From assembly GCF_009834535.1 (NCBI RefSeq), contig NC_045697.1, positions 1,738,001-1,802,000 of the forward strand: a stretch of DNA of 64,000 nucleotides, in the 5' to 3' direction. The notes beneath the pieces are model-generated. The model was given only the letters and a program-made list of their open reading frames with translations, had not been told where the DNA came from and did not search any database. Source of the stretch: Camelus ferus. Its lineage: Eukaryota. The position numbers and the translations under genes were made by a program. How positions within the stretch are numbered: position 1 is the first letter of the stretch; each line of letters opens with the position of its first letter. Shown piece after piece: positions 45,336 to 60,300 of this stretch.

Positions 45336-48300
45336 CTTGGGAAAAAAAAGCCATTTTGGATTAGTTTTTGGAGGACGTCTTGCCTTTTTCTTGCCTGTAT
45401 CTGACCCAAGAGCGGTTCAGAAGCACGTGGAGCCACAGTGACGGAAGCTGCCTGCCCCGCCCCAGCCCAGCCCCTGCGTCCAGGTCACGGAGGGGCCGGG
45501 CCCTCGCCCTGGCTCACAGCAGCCAGCCCAGCCCGGAAGCCTCTCACCGTTCCGTGATCTCCGAGAGCTGCATCCGAGCCAGGAACTGGTTGTCCCGGCG
45601 GATCTCCCGGACGGCCCCCCTGAACTCCCGCTTGTGCTTGTGGATGAGCCTCTTCCTCTCCTGCTCCTCCTTACTGCTCCCCTGCTTCCTCCCAAACTCC
45701 AGGCTGAAAGCGGAAAGCCTGCGTCAGGAGGCGGACATGGAGCCCAGGTCTGACCCAGGTCAAGGCTGCCCAGGCCCACGGCCCCCCTCCCGGGCCCCTC
45801 CCGGGACTGGGGACTGGGAGCCCCGCTGTCCTCACACTCTGACCAGCCGGGGGGTGAACAGCTTCAGCGGCACCGGCTTGCTCTTCTCACAGACGAGCGG
45901 CCGGCAGAGCCGCGCGTGAGATTCCATCTCCGTCAGTGCGCTCTGCCCCAGCTCCTGAAAGGCACACCAGCCCACGCTGACCGCCGGACGCTCCTCCCCG
46001 GGGCCGTGGCTGCCTGGGCTGCTGAACGGAGGAGCTGTGCTCACAGACACCGGCTGTATGTCTGGCCGGATCGGCTCCCGTCTTCCTGCTGACAGGGGAG
46101 GGAACCTGCACGACTGGGCGGCCCGCACCCTCCTCACAGTGCCTGGCATGGCCGGAGTCCAACCCACGGAGGCACACACATTGGGGAACAAGCCCATTCA
46201 TACACGTGGGAGCTTCCAGGCTTCCCTGAACAGCATAGTGGGCCCATCCTCAGAAAACCCGTGTGGCCTGGGAGGGATGCGGAGCCTGGAGCCGCTGTCC
46301 AGGCCCCAGCGGGCAGTGGGCGGGGGGAAGGGGCACTGAACCGCCGAACAGTGTTAACAACCTTCAAATAAAATTGCAGGTCCTAGCTCAGCTCAGCAGG
46401 ACTGTGGCTTCTCGCTAGTTTTCCCACGACTCTAATGTTCCTTCCCACCGGTGTTCATGGTGTGCATGTGCCGTCCTTGGTTTCAAGGGCTGGAATCTTA
46501 ACGGTGGAAATGCGCTCACCCGTCCCCCGCCCCCCCGCCCCGTCACAGAAATGGCCGCGCCGGGCCAGGGCCTCACCTGCAGCTCCCGGGGGCGGCTGCT
46601 GTCGGCCAGGTGCTCCGTCAGGAGGGCTCTCAGGGGCCTCACGATGTCGTGGAAGGACGGCAGAGCGCCGTACACGCGCACACAGCGCTCCACCAGGGCC
46701 AGACACACGGCCAGGCAGGATAGTCTGCAGGGGCGAGAGGAAGGGCCACCTCGTTCTTTCCGCCACCAACAGAGCCAGTTGTCTTGGCAAGTGAAACCCT
46801 TCCACGTGCCGCTCTGAAGCGCCCAGCGTGGGCCGCGGACACTGAGGTCAAGTATCGGCCGCACGCAGCGTCGCAGCAGCCAACGCCCGCAGTATTCGGA
46901 GCTAAAGAAAACGCCGTGTTTCCCAGAGCAAGGATTGTGGAGCGGAAAGCAGGAACAACCTGGAAAGAGTGGCTCTGTTGTAGTTAGTCTTCTTTTAAAG
47001 AGGAGAAAATCAAAGTTTAATAACACATGGGAGAGACCCAGGAGAACTGACTGACTTGCCACAATGGCCGAAGTCCTCATCTTAAATAAATCCCATTTCA
47101 GTTTTTAAATAATTAAAACCATCTGCAACACCAAACAGGTATATTTTGAAACTAACATACACCATTCTGGAGAAAAAAATGGCCATCAGGACTTGAACAG
47201 ACATTACTCCAAAGAAGATTATGAATAAACACATGGAAAGATGTTCAACATCACTAATGATCTGGAAAATGCAAATCAAAACCAAAATCACACCCATGAG
47301 GATGGCTAATATCAAAAAAACACAGAAAATACTAAGTGCTGACAAGGATGTGGAGAAACCGGAGCCCTTGTGCACTCCTAGTGGGAACATAAAATGGTGC
47401 AGCCACGGAGGAAAACAGTATAGAGGTTCCTAAAAAAGAAGAGAGCTACTGTGTGAGCCACCAGTCCCACTTCCGGGTATGAGCACAACTGAAAGCAGGA
47501 ACCAGAACAGACACTTGTACACCCACATCCACAGGAGCACTACCCAGAGTAACCAAAAAGTGGGAGCAACCCAGGTGTCCACTGACAGATGAATGGGTAA
47601 ACAAGAATATGGTCCATCCACACAGTGGAATATTACTCAGCCTTAAAAAGGAAGGAAATTCTGACACCTGCTACAGCATGGATGAACCTTGGGACATTAT
47701 GCTCAGGGAAATAAGCCAGTCACAAGAGGACAAATCCTGTATGATTCCACCCATATGAGGTCCCGAGGAGTCAAGTCCGCAGAGGCAGAAAGCAGACAGT
47801 GCTTGCCGGGAGCTGGGGGAGGGTGGGGAATTGTGACAGAGTTTCCGTTTGGGAAGATGAGTGAGTTCTGGAGGTGGCTGGTGGTAATGGTTCCATAACA
47901 ATGTGAATGCACTTAATGTCACCAAACCATACATTTAAAATGGTTAAGATGGTAAATTTTATATTATCTATATTTTAACACAATAAAAAAAATTCAACAA
48001 AAAATTTCAAATAATTCATATTTTAAAAAATCAGAGAATGAAAGGACTTACAGGAAAAAGCCCCAGCCCTCTCCTCACCCTGCCACTTCTACAGACTGAA
48101 GCTGTGACCCCACAAAATTCCTGCGCTGGAACTTAAGCCCTAGCGTGATGGTCTGTGGAGGTGATCAGGCCTCCCAGCCCACGAACAGGGATGTGTTTCC
48201 AGTCTACTTATGTCTTTGATCATTTCTTCCAGCAGTGTTTTGCAGTTTCGCTGTACAAGTCTTCTACCTCCCTGGTTCAGTTAATTCTTAAGTATTGCAC

Positions 48301-51300
48301 TGCTTTTGACGTGACTGTACATGGAGTCACTTCTGTGACTTCTTCTTCAGACTGTTCACTGAGTGGAGACACAGCTGACTCCGCACCCCACTACTTCGCC
48401 GAGTTCACCTTTTCAGAGCTCACAGCTTCTCTGTGGAATCACTGGGGTTTTCTACAGACCAGATCACGTCGTCTGCAAACAGAGGCGAGGCTGGTGCGCA
48501 GTTCAGCTGCTGGGTCCTGGGTCACGCCTGGCTCCTGGCCTGGCCTCTGGGGTTTGCCTGGCACCCAGGGGCCCAGGAGCCACGTCCCGGGAGCCCTGGG
48601 CCTGCACGTACCTGGTGTGGTTGGCTTCCGTCTTCGTCTGGGCTTTCGGTCCAGCTGCCCAGTGGAGGGAGAGGCGTCTCCTCTGCCATGTGGCCATGTC
48701 CTCCTTGTCAGAAACCACGAGCAGCTCTGAGTTCCTCCCAAGTGCTCTGAAAGGGTGCACCAGAGTGTAACCTGAATCCAAGTGGGACAGGGACAGAAAC
48801 GGCCTCTGAGTGTTACCAGGCCCCTGGGGAGGCTCTCTGGGGTGAGGCCTCTGGAAGTTCACTTTCAACAAACATGCATTTCCCGCGCAGAGGTGAGCGA
48901 CGGCTTTAGCAGTGGTGCTTGGGCCAGGTCCAAGAACAGACCAGGTCCCTGCCCGTGGAGGACATGAACGAACCAGACTGACTGCTGGGAAGAAACAACG
49001 GACAGAAAAAAAAGCAGAGGAGGGTGAGGGGGACCAGTTGGGGGCGCTGGGGGTGGAGCCAGGAAGCCAAGCTAACCAGGTCAGAGAAGGCCTGTTCCAG
49101 AGACCTGGGGCGGGGAGCAGGGCTTAACCCAGTTGTGAGGCAGAAAAGCCGTCGAGGTGGAGGGAGCGGCCTGTGGGGGAGGGCACAGGGCCTGGCGGGT
49201 CCAGGTGAGGCCACGTGGGCGGTGGCTGGGCAGAGGGAGGCACAGGTGGGCAGCAGCCAGCTGCGACCCCCGCCCGCCCGACTCCAGCAGGCAGTGCTCC
49301 CCCTGCGGCTCCCTGCCCTGAGCTGCAGTCTCTTCTGATGGGTCTCCCTGGGGTGTGGCCAGGCCTCTCCGGCGCCACCCCCATGGCTGGTGGAGAGGTG
49401 CACGCAGCATGAGGGTCAGGGGGAGAGCGACAGGCAGGGAAGCCTCCCCGAGGTTACGAGGGGAAAGCGAGGACGGGGCACACGGCGTGCTGAGCGGAGG
49501 GGCCGCCAGACCCCAAAGGGCGCCCGCTGGGCATGTGCAGGTGCTCAGCACCACAGATGTGCTGCAAACGGGGACGAGGGCTTGTCCTTGAGACGCGACC
49601 TGCGATCAGGCCAGGAGAGGGACCCCACAGGCACGAAAGAGCGAGGGGACCAAGGGCAAGCAACCCCCGGGGACGAGGAGGGAGCGTCGGGGGTGTCGGG
49701 TCATGGGGGGCGGCGGTGAGGGCGCCGCAGCTCAGGGGGTGAACAGAGGCTACGGCTCATTTTCAGAGCACTGCTGTTGATTCTCTCTCCTCCCCAAACT
49801 CGGGACGCTGCAGAAGCTGTGAGGGAAACGCGGCCAACCAGATGCACACTGTGAGCGGTGTGTGAGCTAAAAAGCTGTCGCCACACGCAAACAAGCAGAA
49901 GGGCGAACCTTACTGGTGTCCTGTGTTTCTCCCCCACGTGCTCCTTCAACACACAGTCAACATAAAAACCGAGGCGTTTTATGTATTTTTGGTAGTGAGA
50001 CTTGCTGCATGGGGAAACTCTGCCCTTACTCGGTTCAGACTCTCCACACGCAGCTGTGACCCTGATTTTCCAAAGTGCGGGTGTGGACGCAGCCACATAG
50101 AGGGGAAGGCTGCTGCTCTGCGTGACGGACTTCAGGTGTGTTTGTCTTCTAACTTCTCCGTATTCCGAATTTTCTACTTGAATATGCACTACTTTTGAAA
50201 GATTTTAAATTCTGAACTACAACATATTTGAAAAAGCTCCGTCAAAACAACTCACCTTGGCTTTGCTTCTTCGGAGTCGCTATGTAGAGGATCCCGAGGA
50301 GAAAGTTAACAAGCTCGGGTATGAACCTCTGAGACAGAGACACGTAGTCCAGGAACACGCAGCACACGAACAGGCCCTTCAGTACGTCTCGCAGGGACAG
50401 GACGGGGCACTGTGGAGGACCAGGGCGCGGCCCGGGAGGCTCAGTAGGGGGAGAGCGTTGTGATCACAGGGCCCCCCTTTCGGAGTGGAACGATCATTAC
50501 TGCAGGGCGTGTGCACCCCTCACACGCCCAACGGAGGCAAAAGGAACTATGGGGATCTTTTTAAGCCAAGAGGGGAACAGGGCCCCACATCAGACCTGAT
50601 GCTTTCTGGGGTCACACCCTCTGCCCCTGGCCTGGGGCGGCCGAGCCCAGGAGCACAGGGCAGGGCGGGGCGGGGCGGGGCGAGGCCACTTCTGATCTCC
50701 CCACCCCCGCAGGAGAGCTGTTCTGCCGCCAGAGCCGTCGGTTGGTCCCGGGACGCCGGGGTGGGGGTTGCTGACGTACCTTGGTGAGCAGCTGGCTCAT
50801 ACACAGCAGCGCGGGGGTGACGACGGGGTGCCGGAAGTCCGAGGTTGGAAACAACATCCCAACGATTTTCAAGTAAATGAGCTGGAAAGAAAGTCACCAC
50901 ACAGGTTAAAAAGGGAAAACAAAGGTGAAAACGGCGCCTTTTGAAAGGGCCCAAGAGCAAAACAGGTTTTGAAGCTCCGGAGGGAACACAGCCAAGCACG
51001 CAGGGACACCAGCTGTCATGTGTCTGGCGGCCAGAGCACGGCCCCCGAAGGTGCCCGCGCCCCCCTCACCTCCCCACGCGCTGGGCAGGGCCACCCTCAC
51101 AGCACAAGGCCAACTCCTCCAGGACGTACGGTGTTTTAGAAAACAGAGACAGGACCGTGGGTCTGGCAGGGCTGACGAGCCCTTCCTGGCCAAGGTCACT
51201 TGCCAGCCAGGAGCTCACTGCCCCCTCGGCCTTAGCCCAGGAAGCAGCAGCCCGAGCTTCTCGGGACCAAACGCTACCAGCTCTGCTCTGGGAGAAGAAC

Positions 51301-54300
51301 CCCTCCCCTCCATTCGACCCCACAAAGCGAGCGGGCAGAACAGCACGCACTTTGAGGTCCCGGGTCTCCGGAGCCCCAGGCTCCGCCCCACGTCCGGCCC
51401 CACGGAGCCAAGGCAGAGCTTCCCCGGGAGCGGCCGTGGCAGTGTCAGCAGAAGAGCCCGCTTCCGTCTGGGCAGGAGGGAGCGCCTGCGTCCTCCTGAA
51501 TAATGAAGCGTCACACTTTTCTCTACACTAGAAGCTGGGAGGGACCAGGGCTCCAACACCACTGCCGGGTCCAGAGGTAGCAGCTCTCCTGACTACAGGG
51601 CAGCCAGGAGCCGCCCGGGGCTGCAGCCCTGCCGCCCGCGGCCTGCGCTCCCTCACCTGTGGGACGGCACACCGCACTCACGCCTCCCAGGGCACCGTGA
51701 GGACGAGATTCAGCCTCGTGTACCGGGCCTGCCTCTGAGCGTCCACAGCACGTGACTGCCCTTTCCCACCTAGACTTTTAAGAACATCCAGGAACGTTTT
51801 ACGAGCGGAGAGGGAGCCCCTATCACTACAGACAGAAATCTCTGGAACATCCTTTCACGTGGCCCAAGGGAAAACCCTTCTGCCGGCCACTGGAGGCTAG
51901 AGGTGGACGACTGCACTAAACCAGCCCCCTCTCACCACGTCCAGGCCCGGGAAGGCCGCCCGGCCAGTGGACTCCACTGTCGCTTCCATCTCGTGCATGG
52001 CGTCTCGGAGGACGAACTTCATGGAGTCGCTTGCAGAATCAGGAAACATCTGGCAGAGATTATATAAATGCCTGTTCATCAGAAACGTCAGTCAGTCAGG
52101 GCTGAAGGTCTTCAGGTGACAAAAACAGAAAAAACCCCAAACCTCCTACGTTGCCCACGTTCTGCGACGTCACCTGCCGACTGAGCCAGTAAGAACTGGA
52201 AGTCACTGGAGGAACCCACTCTCCTGTCCCGGCAGCCGGCAGGCCCTCCAGTGGTGTTTTACAATAACCTGTGCTCCTTTCTGCTGTTTCCTAAACCTCC
52301 GGTCATGACTTCTCGGGAGCAAAGGTGGCAGGAGCTGTATTTTCAATAACAGCTCAGGAGGCACCCTCTGCACCAGAGGGGGCCACCAGGTCCAAGGTAC
52401 TCTGCATGCGGACTCACTGGCCCCCCACCAAGCGCTCCAGGAGGCCGAGGGCCCCACTGGGCCACCCGCTCTCACTGACCCTCCCGACTCAGATCTCTGC
52501 CCGCTGCACTCCCTCCAGCCCACATGAGGCCGGAGCTGCCTGCCAGCGGTTCTGCTGCGGTGAGGGTGCTGTGCACGGCCCAGGGCAGGGGCAGGAGCGC
52601 AGGAGGCCCTGCACGTGTGTGAGCACAACGAGCTCCGAGGAGGCAAGGCCTGGGGCGGGGGTGGGGGGAGAGCGGGGCGACCACCAGATGCTGCCTGCGA
52701 CGGGTTCCAAACCCCCCTCCCCCCGCCCCGGCAGAGCCTGAGGCTTCACTGGTGACGGAACAAGACAATTAGGCATCAGACACTGTGAACACGGCTGAAG
52801 GGGCCCAACTGTCTCAAAGTCACTCTGCAGTTAAAAACACGTCCCATTTCTGTCATGATGCAAGACACGTGTTAACACGACTTAAGAGTGGGCTGTCATC
52901 ACTGAAGTCACCGCAGCCATGCCTGCTGTGGGCCTTGCTTCAAGGCCAAGCTTAATAAATGCAGAATGTATTTTTACTAAACAGCATAAAGTCTGTTCAA
53001 CTCGGCCCCACCTTCCAGACAACCCACCAGTTTCACTTACACGACCAACTTGTCAATTATGCCGAGGCCTGGGGGGTCCTCTGTAGCCAAATCGCCAATG
53101 TATTCCAAAAGGAAGCCGAACAGTTTCTGCGCGGGAGCAGGGGTTGGAGAGAGTTCAGACCCAGGACTGAGCACACGAGGCGCTGCCCCCACGCCCGCGA
53201 CGGCAGGGCTGGGACAGGAGCCACTGCACCTCGTGGGCAGAGGCCCGCGGTCACTCACAGGAGCAGCTAAGAGCTCAGGGTCTGGGTGTGCCCTTTAGGC
53301 AGCAGCCACAACACCCAAGTCTAGAACACACCCAGCATGGCGCCTTGTCCAGTGGCCAGTCAGCATTTACCCAGAGAAGACAAGGCCCCTATTTCCCCAG
53401 AAGTCTGGCTTTGCTGCTTGACGGCCGAGTGAGGTGAGCTCACACGGAAACGAGGGAACAGAGCTGGCCGCCCGGGCCTGCTGTGGGCCTTGGGGTGATG
53501 GCCATCAGGGCCTGGCTCTCTGCTCATCCCGCCCCCTAGGCGTGGGATCATGCCGCGAGGTGGTGAGCGGGGGACGCACTTTGTCACGCCAGCTTCGGCG
53601 GTAGGCGCTCAGGCCGGCCCCCCCGCCCCCGCACCCCTGTACACACTGCGTACTTCTAGCTTGGCTTTGTTTCCCACCGCGAGACTCGGGTGGCTGCATT
53701 TCTGAATTCTCTCCACAACCAGAAGCTGCTCTTCCACCGACTTTCCTGACAGTAAAGACTTCAGTTCCTCGTAGGACTCCGGAGCTGTCAAAAACGCGAA
53801 GCACACTCCGCATTTAACACGTCAAATGGGAATCCTCACGTTCTGTAACAGAGATAAAAACTAAACACAAACTAAGTAACAGGATGTCTTCCATTTCACC
53901 CAAAGAGACAATTCAACGTATTTTATGGAAACACTGATTTCACTTCCCACTGAATCACCACAGATACTTCTCATGGCCAAGGTGAGGCCAGAGTGAATGG
54001 GGCTCCTGCTGGTGACTACGTTTCCGAGACACCTCAAAGAAGAAGTGGCCGCCCACCATCCCTCCATCAGGAATCTGCTTCAATACCCAACACGTGGGGA
54101 GCAGAGGGCACGGCGCGCTGAAGGCCCAGACCACTCGGAGCAGTGTCCCCGCCTGACACTCCCGTGGATCAAGGCCATGTCCGCTGAAGCCAGCCTCCCC
54201 CACTGGTCGGACCTCTCGGGGAAGCACCTTAGGGCGCAAGACAACCTCAGATTGTACCCGGACGATGTGCATCTGCACACGGGGCAGAACAGCACGCTAT

Positions 54301-57300
54301 GTTCTGTGTAAGACGTTGGGAGGCCCAGCAGGAGTGGCCAGGTCTGAGCCCAGGACAGGTGCCTGCGCAGGTGCCTGGCGCTCCTGCCCTGCAGCCGACC
54401 ATGAGAACAGCGTAGAAGTACCCGGGGCCTGCAGAACTGCTGCCGCCGGGCGATGAGACTGACACCCGTGCCGGGGGGGAAACCATGGAAGAGGCTGACC
54501 ATGCCTGTCTGCAGACAGGACCCACAGACTGCCCCTGCCTCACCCCCCTCCACAGTCGCAGCCCCTGGGAGGCGGGCCCCCAGGCTTCAGAGGTTGCTGC
54601 CCGCCCACCTGCCAACGTGTAGGGCAGCTCCGTCCTGGCAGCCTCTCGCGCTCCTCCGTCATGAGCTATCGCTATGTCCCCGGGGACCAGGCATGCGTCC
54701 TCCTCTGCCCTCTCGCCGCCATCCTCACTGCCCACATCTGACTCCAGGTCCGAGTGGCCGTCCGGGCCATCGCTCTCCTCTGGGTCCCCTTCCTCGCCCG
54801 AGCCCTCCTCCTCCTCCTCTGCGCTCTCACTGGCACTGGCCTCCCCGCCCAGCTCTTCCTCGACGTTCATCTTTCCGTCCTGGGAATAGAAGGGGAAACC
54901 AGAAGCATCACTGCCCGGGGACAGCAGCACGTGACACATCTAGTGCTGTGCACACACAAGTGCTTTTTCTCACTCGTTTGCAAGGGACATAAACCATGTG
55001 CTGCATGTCCAACGGCCCTGGGCCTCTTGCCCACCCTCTTCGATGCAGCTGTGAGCCACAGGGGCTCACGGCCTGGGAACCACATTTCCCAAAACCCTGC
55101 CACCAGGGGCCTGGGCAAGGTTTCGTTTCTGCCAGGGAGCAGCGGGGTCCAGGGTGTCGACGGCGCACCAGCGGCCATGGCCCCAGCAGCGGGGGGGGGG
55201 GGCCTCTGCAGCACCACCACTGGTCGTGGGGACACCAGGCTGGGGACAGCTGGCTCAGCAGGGTTGCAGGCACAGGGGGTGACCCAGGTGACCCCTGACC
55301 ATCTCCCCCAGATAACTCAGTGTTTTGCGAGCACCCAGCATCCTGCCCTGGACCCTTTTCTGCTTGAGACGCCTATCTCCCCATTTTCCTGCCCTGAGTC
55401 CTGATCGACACACTCTCACAGCGGACACGGGTCCAGACCTTGTAGGGCTCAGGAATGAAAACCCGCACCAGTCTTAGAAACACAACTATTTTCCTCAAAA
55501 TATTCCTCAGGATCATACTCAGCGACCAAGTCTCGTGTGCCCCGTGTTCTCCAGAGTAGGTGGGGAGGAACTAATGTCTCAGCCTGCTCTGCCACACCGT
55601 GAACACCCAAATAAAGAGCCCCTGGAGAAGCCGTTTTTAAAAAGACTTACAATGTCCATCTCAGGTAAGTCTGTTAAATGAAATACCAGGAAACACGTTC
55701 TTCTAAATTAACAGAGAAAACTAGGAAGCGAAGGCAAGCCCCTCACTTTGTAAGAGAGCACACGCCGGTCATCTTTGTCCAGTATGAAGCCGTCACTCAG
55801 GTCATCCGCTGACACGTGTTTTGGGTTCTTGGTACGTTCATCCTCATCCTTTCCAAGCATTCTTCGGAGTCGTTCGGCCTGAGCAGGAGAGAGGAAAGTC
55901 GTCAGCTGTGCAGGTGCACACGTGCCTCCAAGGCACGCCCTGCTGGCCGTCAGGGCAAGCCAACAGGCCTCCTGCTTTCAGTCTTCAATCAAACCCTCGG
56001 TAAGTATCGTATGGAAGACTTAATTAACAAAAATAAAAATAAATATTGTGGCAGAAATAGTTCTAGTCACAAGGCAGCAAAACCTATTACTCTGAGGTCT
56101 TTCTGGCCAAATCATGCCAGCCAGCCATGAACGTCACTCGCCACCACTCTCCAGGGCAAGAGAGGAGCAGGGCCCCTTACCCTGAGGTCGGCGTGCGATT
56201 AAACCAGGAGCTCAACTACTTTTACCACCTTAGAGCAGGTGGCAGACGCAGGAGGAAGCCACGATGCGAGACACTGAAAATCCCAGATGCAGGACACTAT
56301 GTCTCTATTTCATTTTTGTTTCATAATGTAATAAAATTTTTAAAACCCTTCAGAGACAGAAAAAAGGTGAGAAGGCACATACCGCTAGCAGTTGTTCTGA
56401 GGTACAGAGATTAGGGGGAAAAGTCCATTTTTCCTTTGTTATGTTGGATATTAGCTGCATTTTTTTGGTTTTTATAGTAATATATTTATATATACACACA
56501 CACACAGTAAAACAAACATAAACTTACACAGGCTAAAAAGATCCCACTGATGAAGCGCAGGACTCCTTCAGCCCACCTCACACAGCGAGGCGGAGGGGCC
56601 CTGAAGGAGGGCCGCGCAGCCCCCGGACAGCTGCCCCACCCCGTACCTCCAGGCGTCTGAGCCGCGCCTGTGCCTCCTCGGCCAGCTCCTCCTTGGTTTT
56701 CATCCTGTTGGAGGGCTGTGCTTTCATTTCAAAGCCGAGCTCCCGAACCATCATGTCATATGCATCAGGCTAGGGCAGAAAGAAGGTATGTTTCTTTCTT
56801 AGCAATTTTTAAGGACAAGATCTGCGTAACTGCCTTCGTGCTCCTCCCAGCGATGGCCGGACACCCCCACGGAAGACATAATATGCACCCTAAGTCTTTT
56901 CTCCTTGGGGAGCGGGCTGCTCTAACCAGTCCTGGGGACACTTTTAGGTCATATATGACTTTTTGCTCCTAGAAAATTCTTCTCAGAATATATCTGCTTT
57001 AACAAAACTAAACATTGCTCATTTAGGTGTTAAGCCCCCCAAATGGGATTCTGTGTAAAGGTGGCAGCAACAGGATGGGGGACGCGTACAGATGTGCAGA
57101 CAGCTGCAGGGCACAGGAATCTGGTGACATCCGAGGACTTCCTAGAAACCTGGGCCCCAAACGAATGCAGCTTTCCCAGCAATTCAGACTAAAACCAATG
57201 TGGCAGGAACCAAATACTGTTTGGGGGGAAAAATAAATAAGTGTGCGGCCGATACACAGAGGTGTAAGAGGAGAGGTCAGACACCATCTGAAGGCCCCCC

Positions 57301-60300
57301 GCGCCCTCCCCGAACTCTCTCTCATACCAAGAAACAGCCATCTTCTTTGCTCTCATGCCTCTGGAGCAGATACCAGAGGAACTTTTAGTCTGTTTCCACC
57401 CTGACATAACACGTATCAGGCAACTGAACATAAAGTTTAACAGAACTAAGAGAAACAGGAGGACAGACGCAGGGGCCCCCTTTTCTGCAGGGAAAGGCCA
57501 CGCCCAGGGCGTACGCCCAGCTTGGACTTGCTGCCCCACCTGGGGTTTCTCCTTCCCGCCTCTGCCCTCTGGCTTGGGCGTTTTGTGTGCCAGGAGAGCC
57601 TGGATTTCCTTCCAGTCTTGGTCGAGCTTCTCTGTGAGTTCGAGGGCATCTTCCCGTTGAGCCTGTCTCTCCCTCTAGGGAAAAAGGACAGCACACACCC
57701 ATTACTGCTGGACCCCAGCTGAGTGGCCAGGCCACACTCGACACCGCTCAGTTCCACCTAACAGGCCAACAGGGAGAGGAGCCACGAGAAATGAGCATCT
57801 CAGAGACAAGGCTACAGAATCCCAGGACGCAGAACAAACTTCCTGCTGCAAAACGACCCCCATCCCAGATGCTCTGAGCAGTTCTCTGTTAGCAAAAAAC
57901 AGTGATGTCCTGCGAATCTCGGTACATGTCATAAGAGCAAAACCACAAAACAAAACAAAACCACCCTCAAAACAAAAAACCACACCCCAAACCACAAGAA
58001 ACCATCAGAAGTATATGCTTGATGAAATTTAAAATGCATTTTTATTCCTATTCAAACTGAATGCTTTTATTTAATTCATAGAAGATATTAAATACAGCCT
58101 GAAAAATGTACCGGGAGAAAAAGCTCAAAACCATCTCAGTGAGCGTGTGCCGACGGCGCCGCAGCACCGAGAGCAGGAACTGACGCACCTTCTCCTGCTT
58201 TGACTTTGCGATGAGCTCCTCGATCAGTTCTTTGCGTGACTTTGGTTTTTCTCCCTCCTCGCCTTGCTGCTGAGAGGTCTTCTTATAAAGGAGCCCATCC
58301 CCGCCTCCAAAATGGGCTGCGGTCAACTCAGCTGGAGACAGAGCAGAAAGCACCTCGTGAAGCCCCTGCCCACATTTCTCCAAACACGGCCCTAAGGACT
58401 GATGCCACGCCCACCGCCAGTGCGAGACCACAGCCACAGGGGCATGTAAGAATCACCCGACGAGCCACTCCGAGAAAACCAGAGACAGACAAAGAACAAC
58501 TGGCCGTGACCCACACCACTGGAAACACCAAGAACCTGCTTTTTCGTGGCCTTCGAATCTCCTGAAAGACAAGCACCAAAATAAGCTGGACTCTGAGTCT
58601 TGAGATGGGAGCCCAGGGCCAGGGCCACTCAGGACCCACCTGTGCCAGGCAAAAGGCCCCGAGGGCGGGAGCCGGGGTGAGCAGCTGGTCACTGATTCCT
58701 AGCTCTGCCTGAGCTACCAGGGGAGAGAGAAATAAAACACCATGGGAATTATTGATTTTTGTAATAGAAAGAAAGCTTAGAAAATCCAGTTTCTTGGCTG
58801 AGAAAACAGAGGCTTAGATGTTAAGCAATTTACCCAAAATCTCACCCCAGTAACAGAAAGAGAATGTTTTAGGTGGTGTCTGTGGCTCCAGCCTCCAGCA
58901 CTCTGACCCCGACGGCCCAAAGCCGCAGCCCTGGCCGAGCCCCGCTCCTGCGCTGCAACACCCCCACCCCCGGCTCCAACCCTGCTTCCTCATTAAATCC
59001 ACCTCTGCCTGCTCCCTGCCACAGTAGAGCAGGTGAAGGCATGGAGCGAAGGCAGGCAGGCAGCAGGTTATTTCGGGTGGCTGGCTCCAGGTGGGCTGCT
59101 GAGGCCACCAGTCAGTTGCACCGTGTTCCCGTCCACTCGCCCCGCCTGGACGTGTTCAGCCCTGCAGCGCCTCTGCTGCCCAGGCCTGGCACCCAACGGC
59201 AGCTCTGGGCCTGGTCCTGTGCCGCCCCCAGCTCCAGCAGAGCTGGCCCAGGCCCACCTTGCCCTCCCGCCCCAGCCACTGGAGGGCACTCTACCGCCTG
59301 GCCTCTTTCTACTGCATCTTGCCCCCCACCTCGTTTCTCTCGGGTTAATGGACACACTCTCCCAACCCACCCCCCAAACCCTTCTCCCCCTTGTGCACAG
59401 TAAAACCCTCCCACAGAGCTCCTCTGTCTTCAGTCCCTCGGTCTCTTCTTTTCACTCCACTCTGGCTCCTGGGCTCTCCTCTGAATGGACGTTGACCTCA
59501 TTCAAGGCCAACTCCCCCTCCTCCTGTCCTCAGCAGCCTGGGCTGAAGCTCTGCTCGGGACCTCACCATGGCTCCCGACCCCCCTTTCCCTCCTGCTCCT
59601 AAGGCGGCAGCTCTGGGGACTCAGCCTTCCACAGCCCTTTGGACACCTCCCCTTGGCTGGTTAATGGGCACCCAAACTCCCTGGGACCCGTTTATGGCAA
59701 TCCCATCTCTCCAGCTGCTTGGGTCAAATCCCCAGGGGTCACTCAGACTCTTCAGGGAGCCCTCTCAGTGCCGCCCCACCGGACTACGTCCTCCCACACT
59801 CAGATCCCTCCAGTGGCTCCTGAGTAGAAGACAGACACTCTCTTGGGTCCTAGGGCACCCTGGCCGTCCACCTGTTGCCATCGCCCTTGCCAGCCTCCTG
59901 GCTGGTCCCAGGCACACGCCCACCTCAGGCCTGGGACCTTGGCGAGGCCTCTGGGAGCCTGCACGACCACTACCTTTTTGGTGATGCTTATCAGGACCAT
60001 CTGATGGCACGTCCCAGACCTCCCCCTGCTTTATTTTTACCCATGGCCCTTCTGCTTTTGACTAGTCTGCATGACTTAGTGATGTATTTTGTTTTTGTCT
60101 GGGTTTCCCCAGAAAACGTGAGCTGTAGGTAGATTTTATTCACTGCTATTTCTTCAGAACCAATGGCAGTGCCTGGCACATAAACCAATTATTTGCTGAA
60201 TCAATCAGCGATTCTTCTGCTTCCTGGAGTGTGTTCCAGGTCTCTGAGAAGAGCAGGCAGAATGTGCAATGGCGGGCAGAGGGTGACTCGCCACTCCCCG

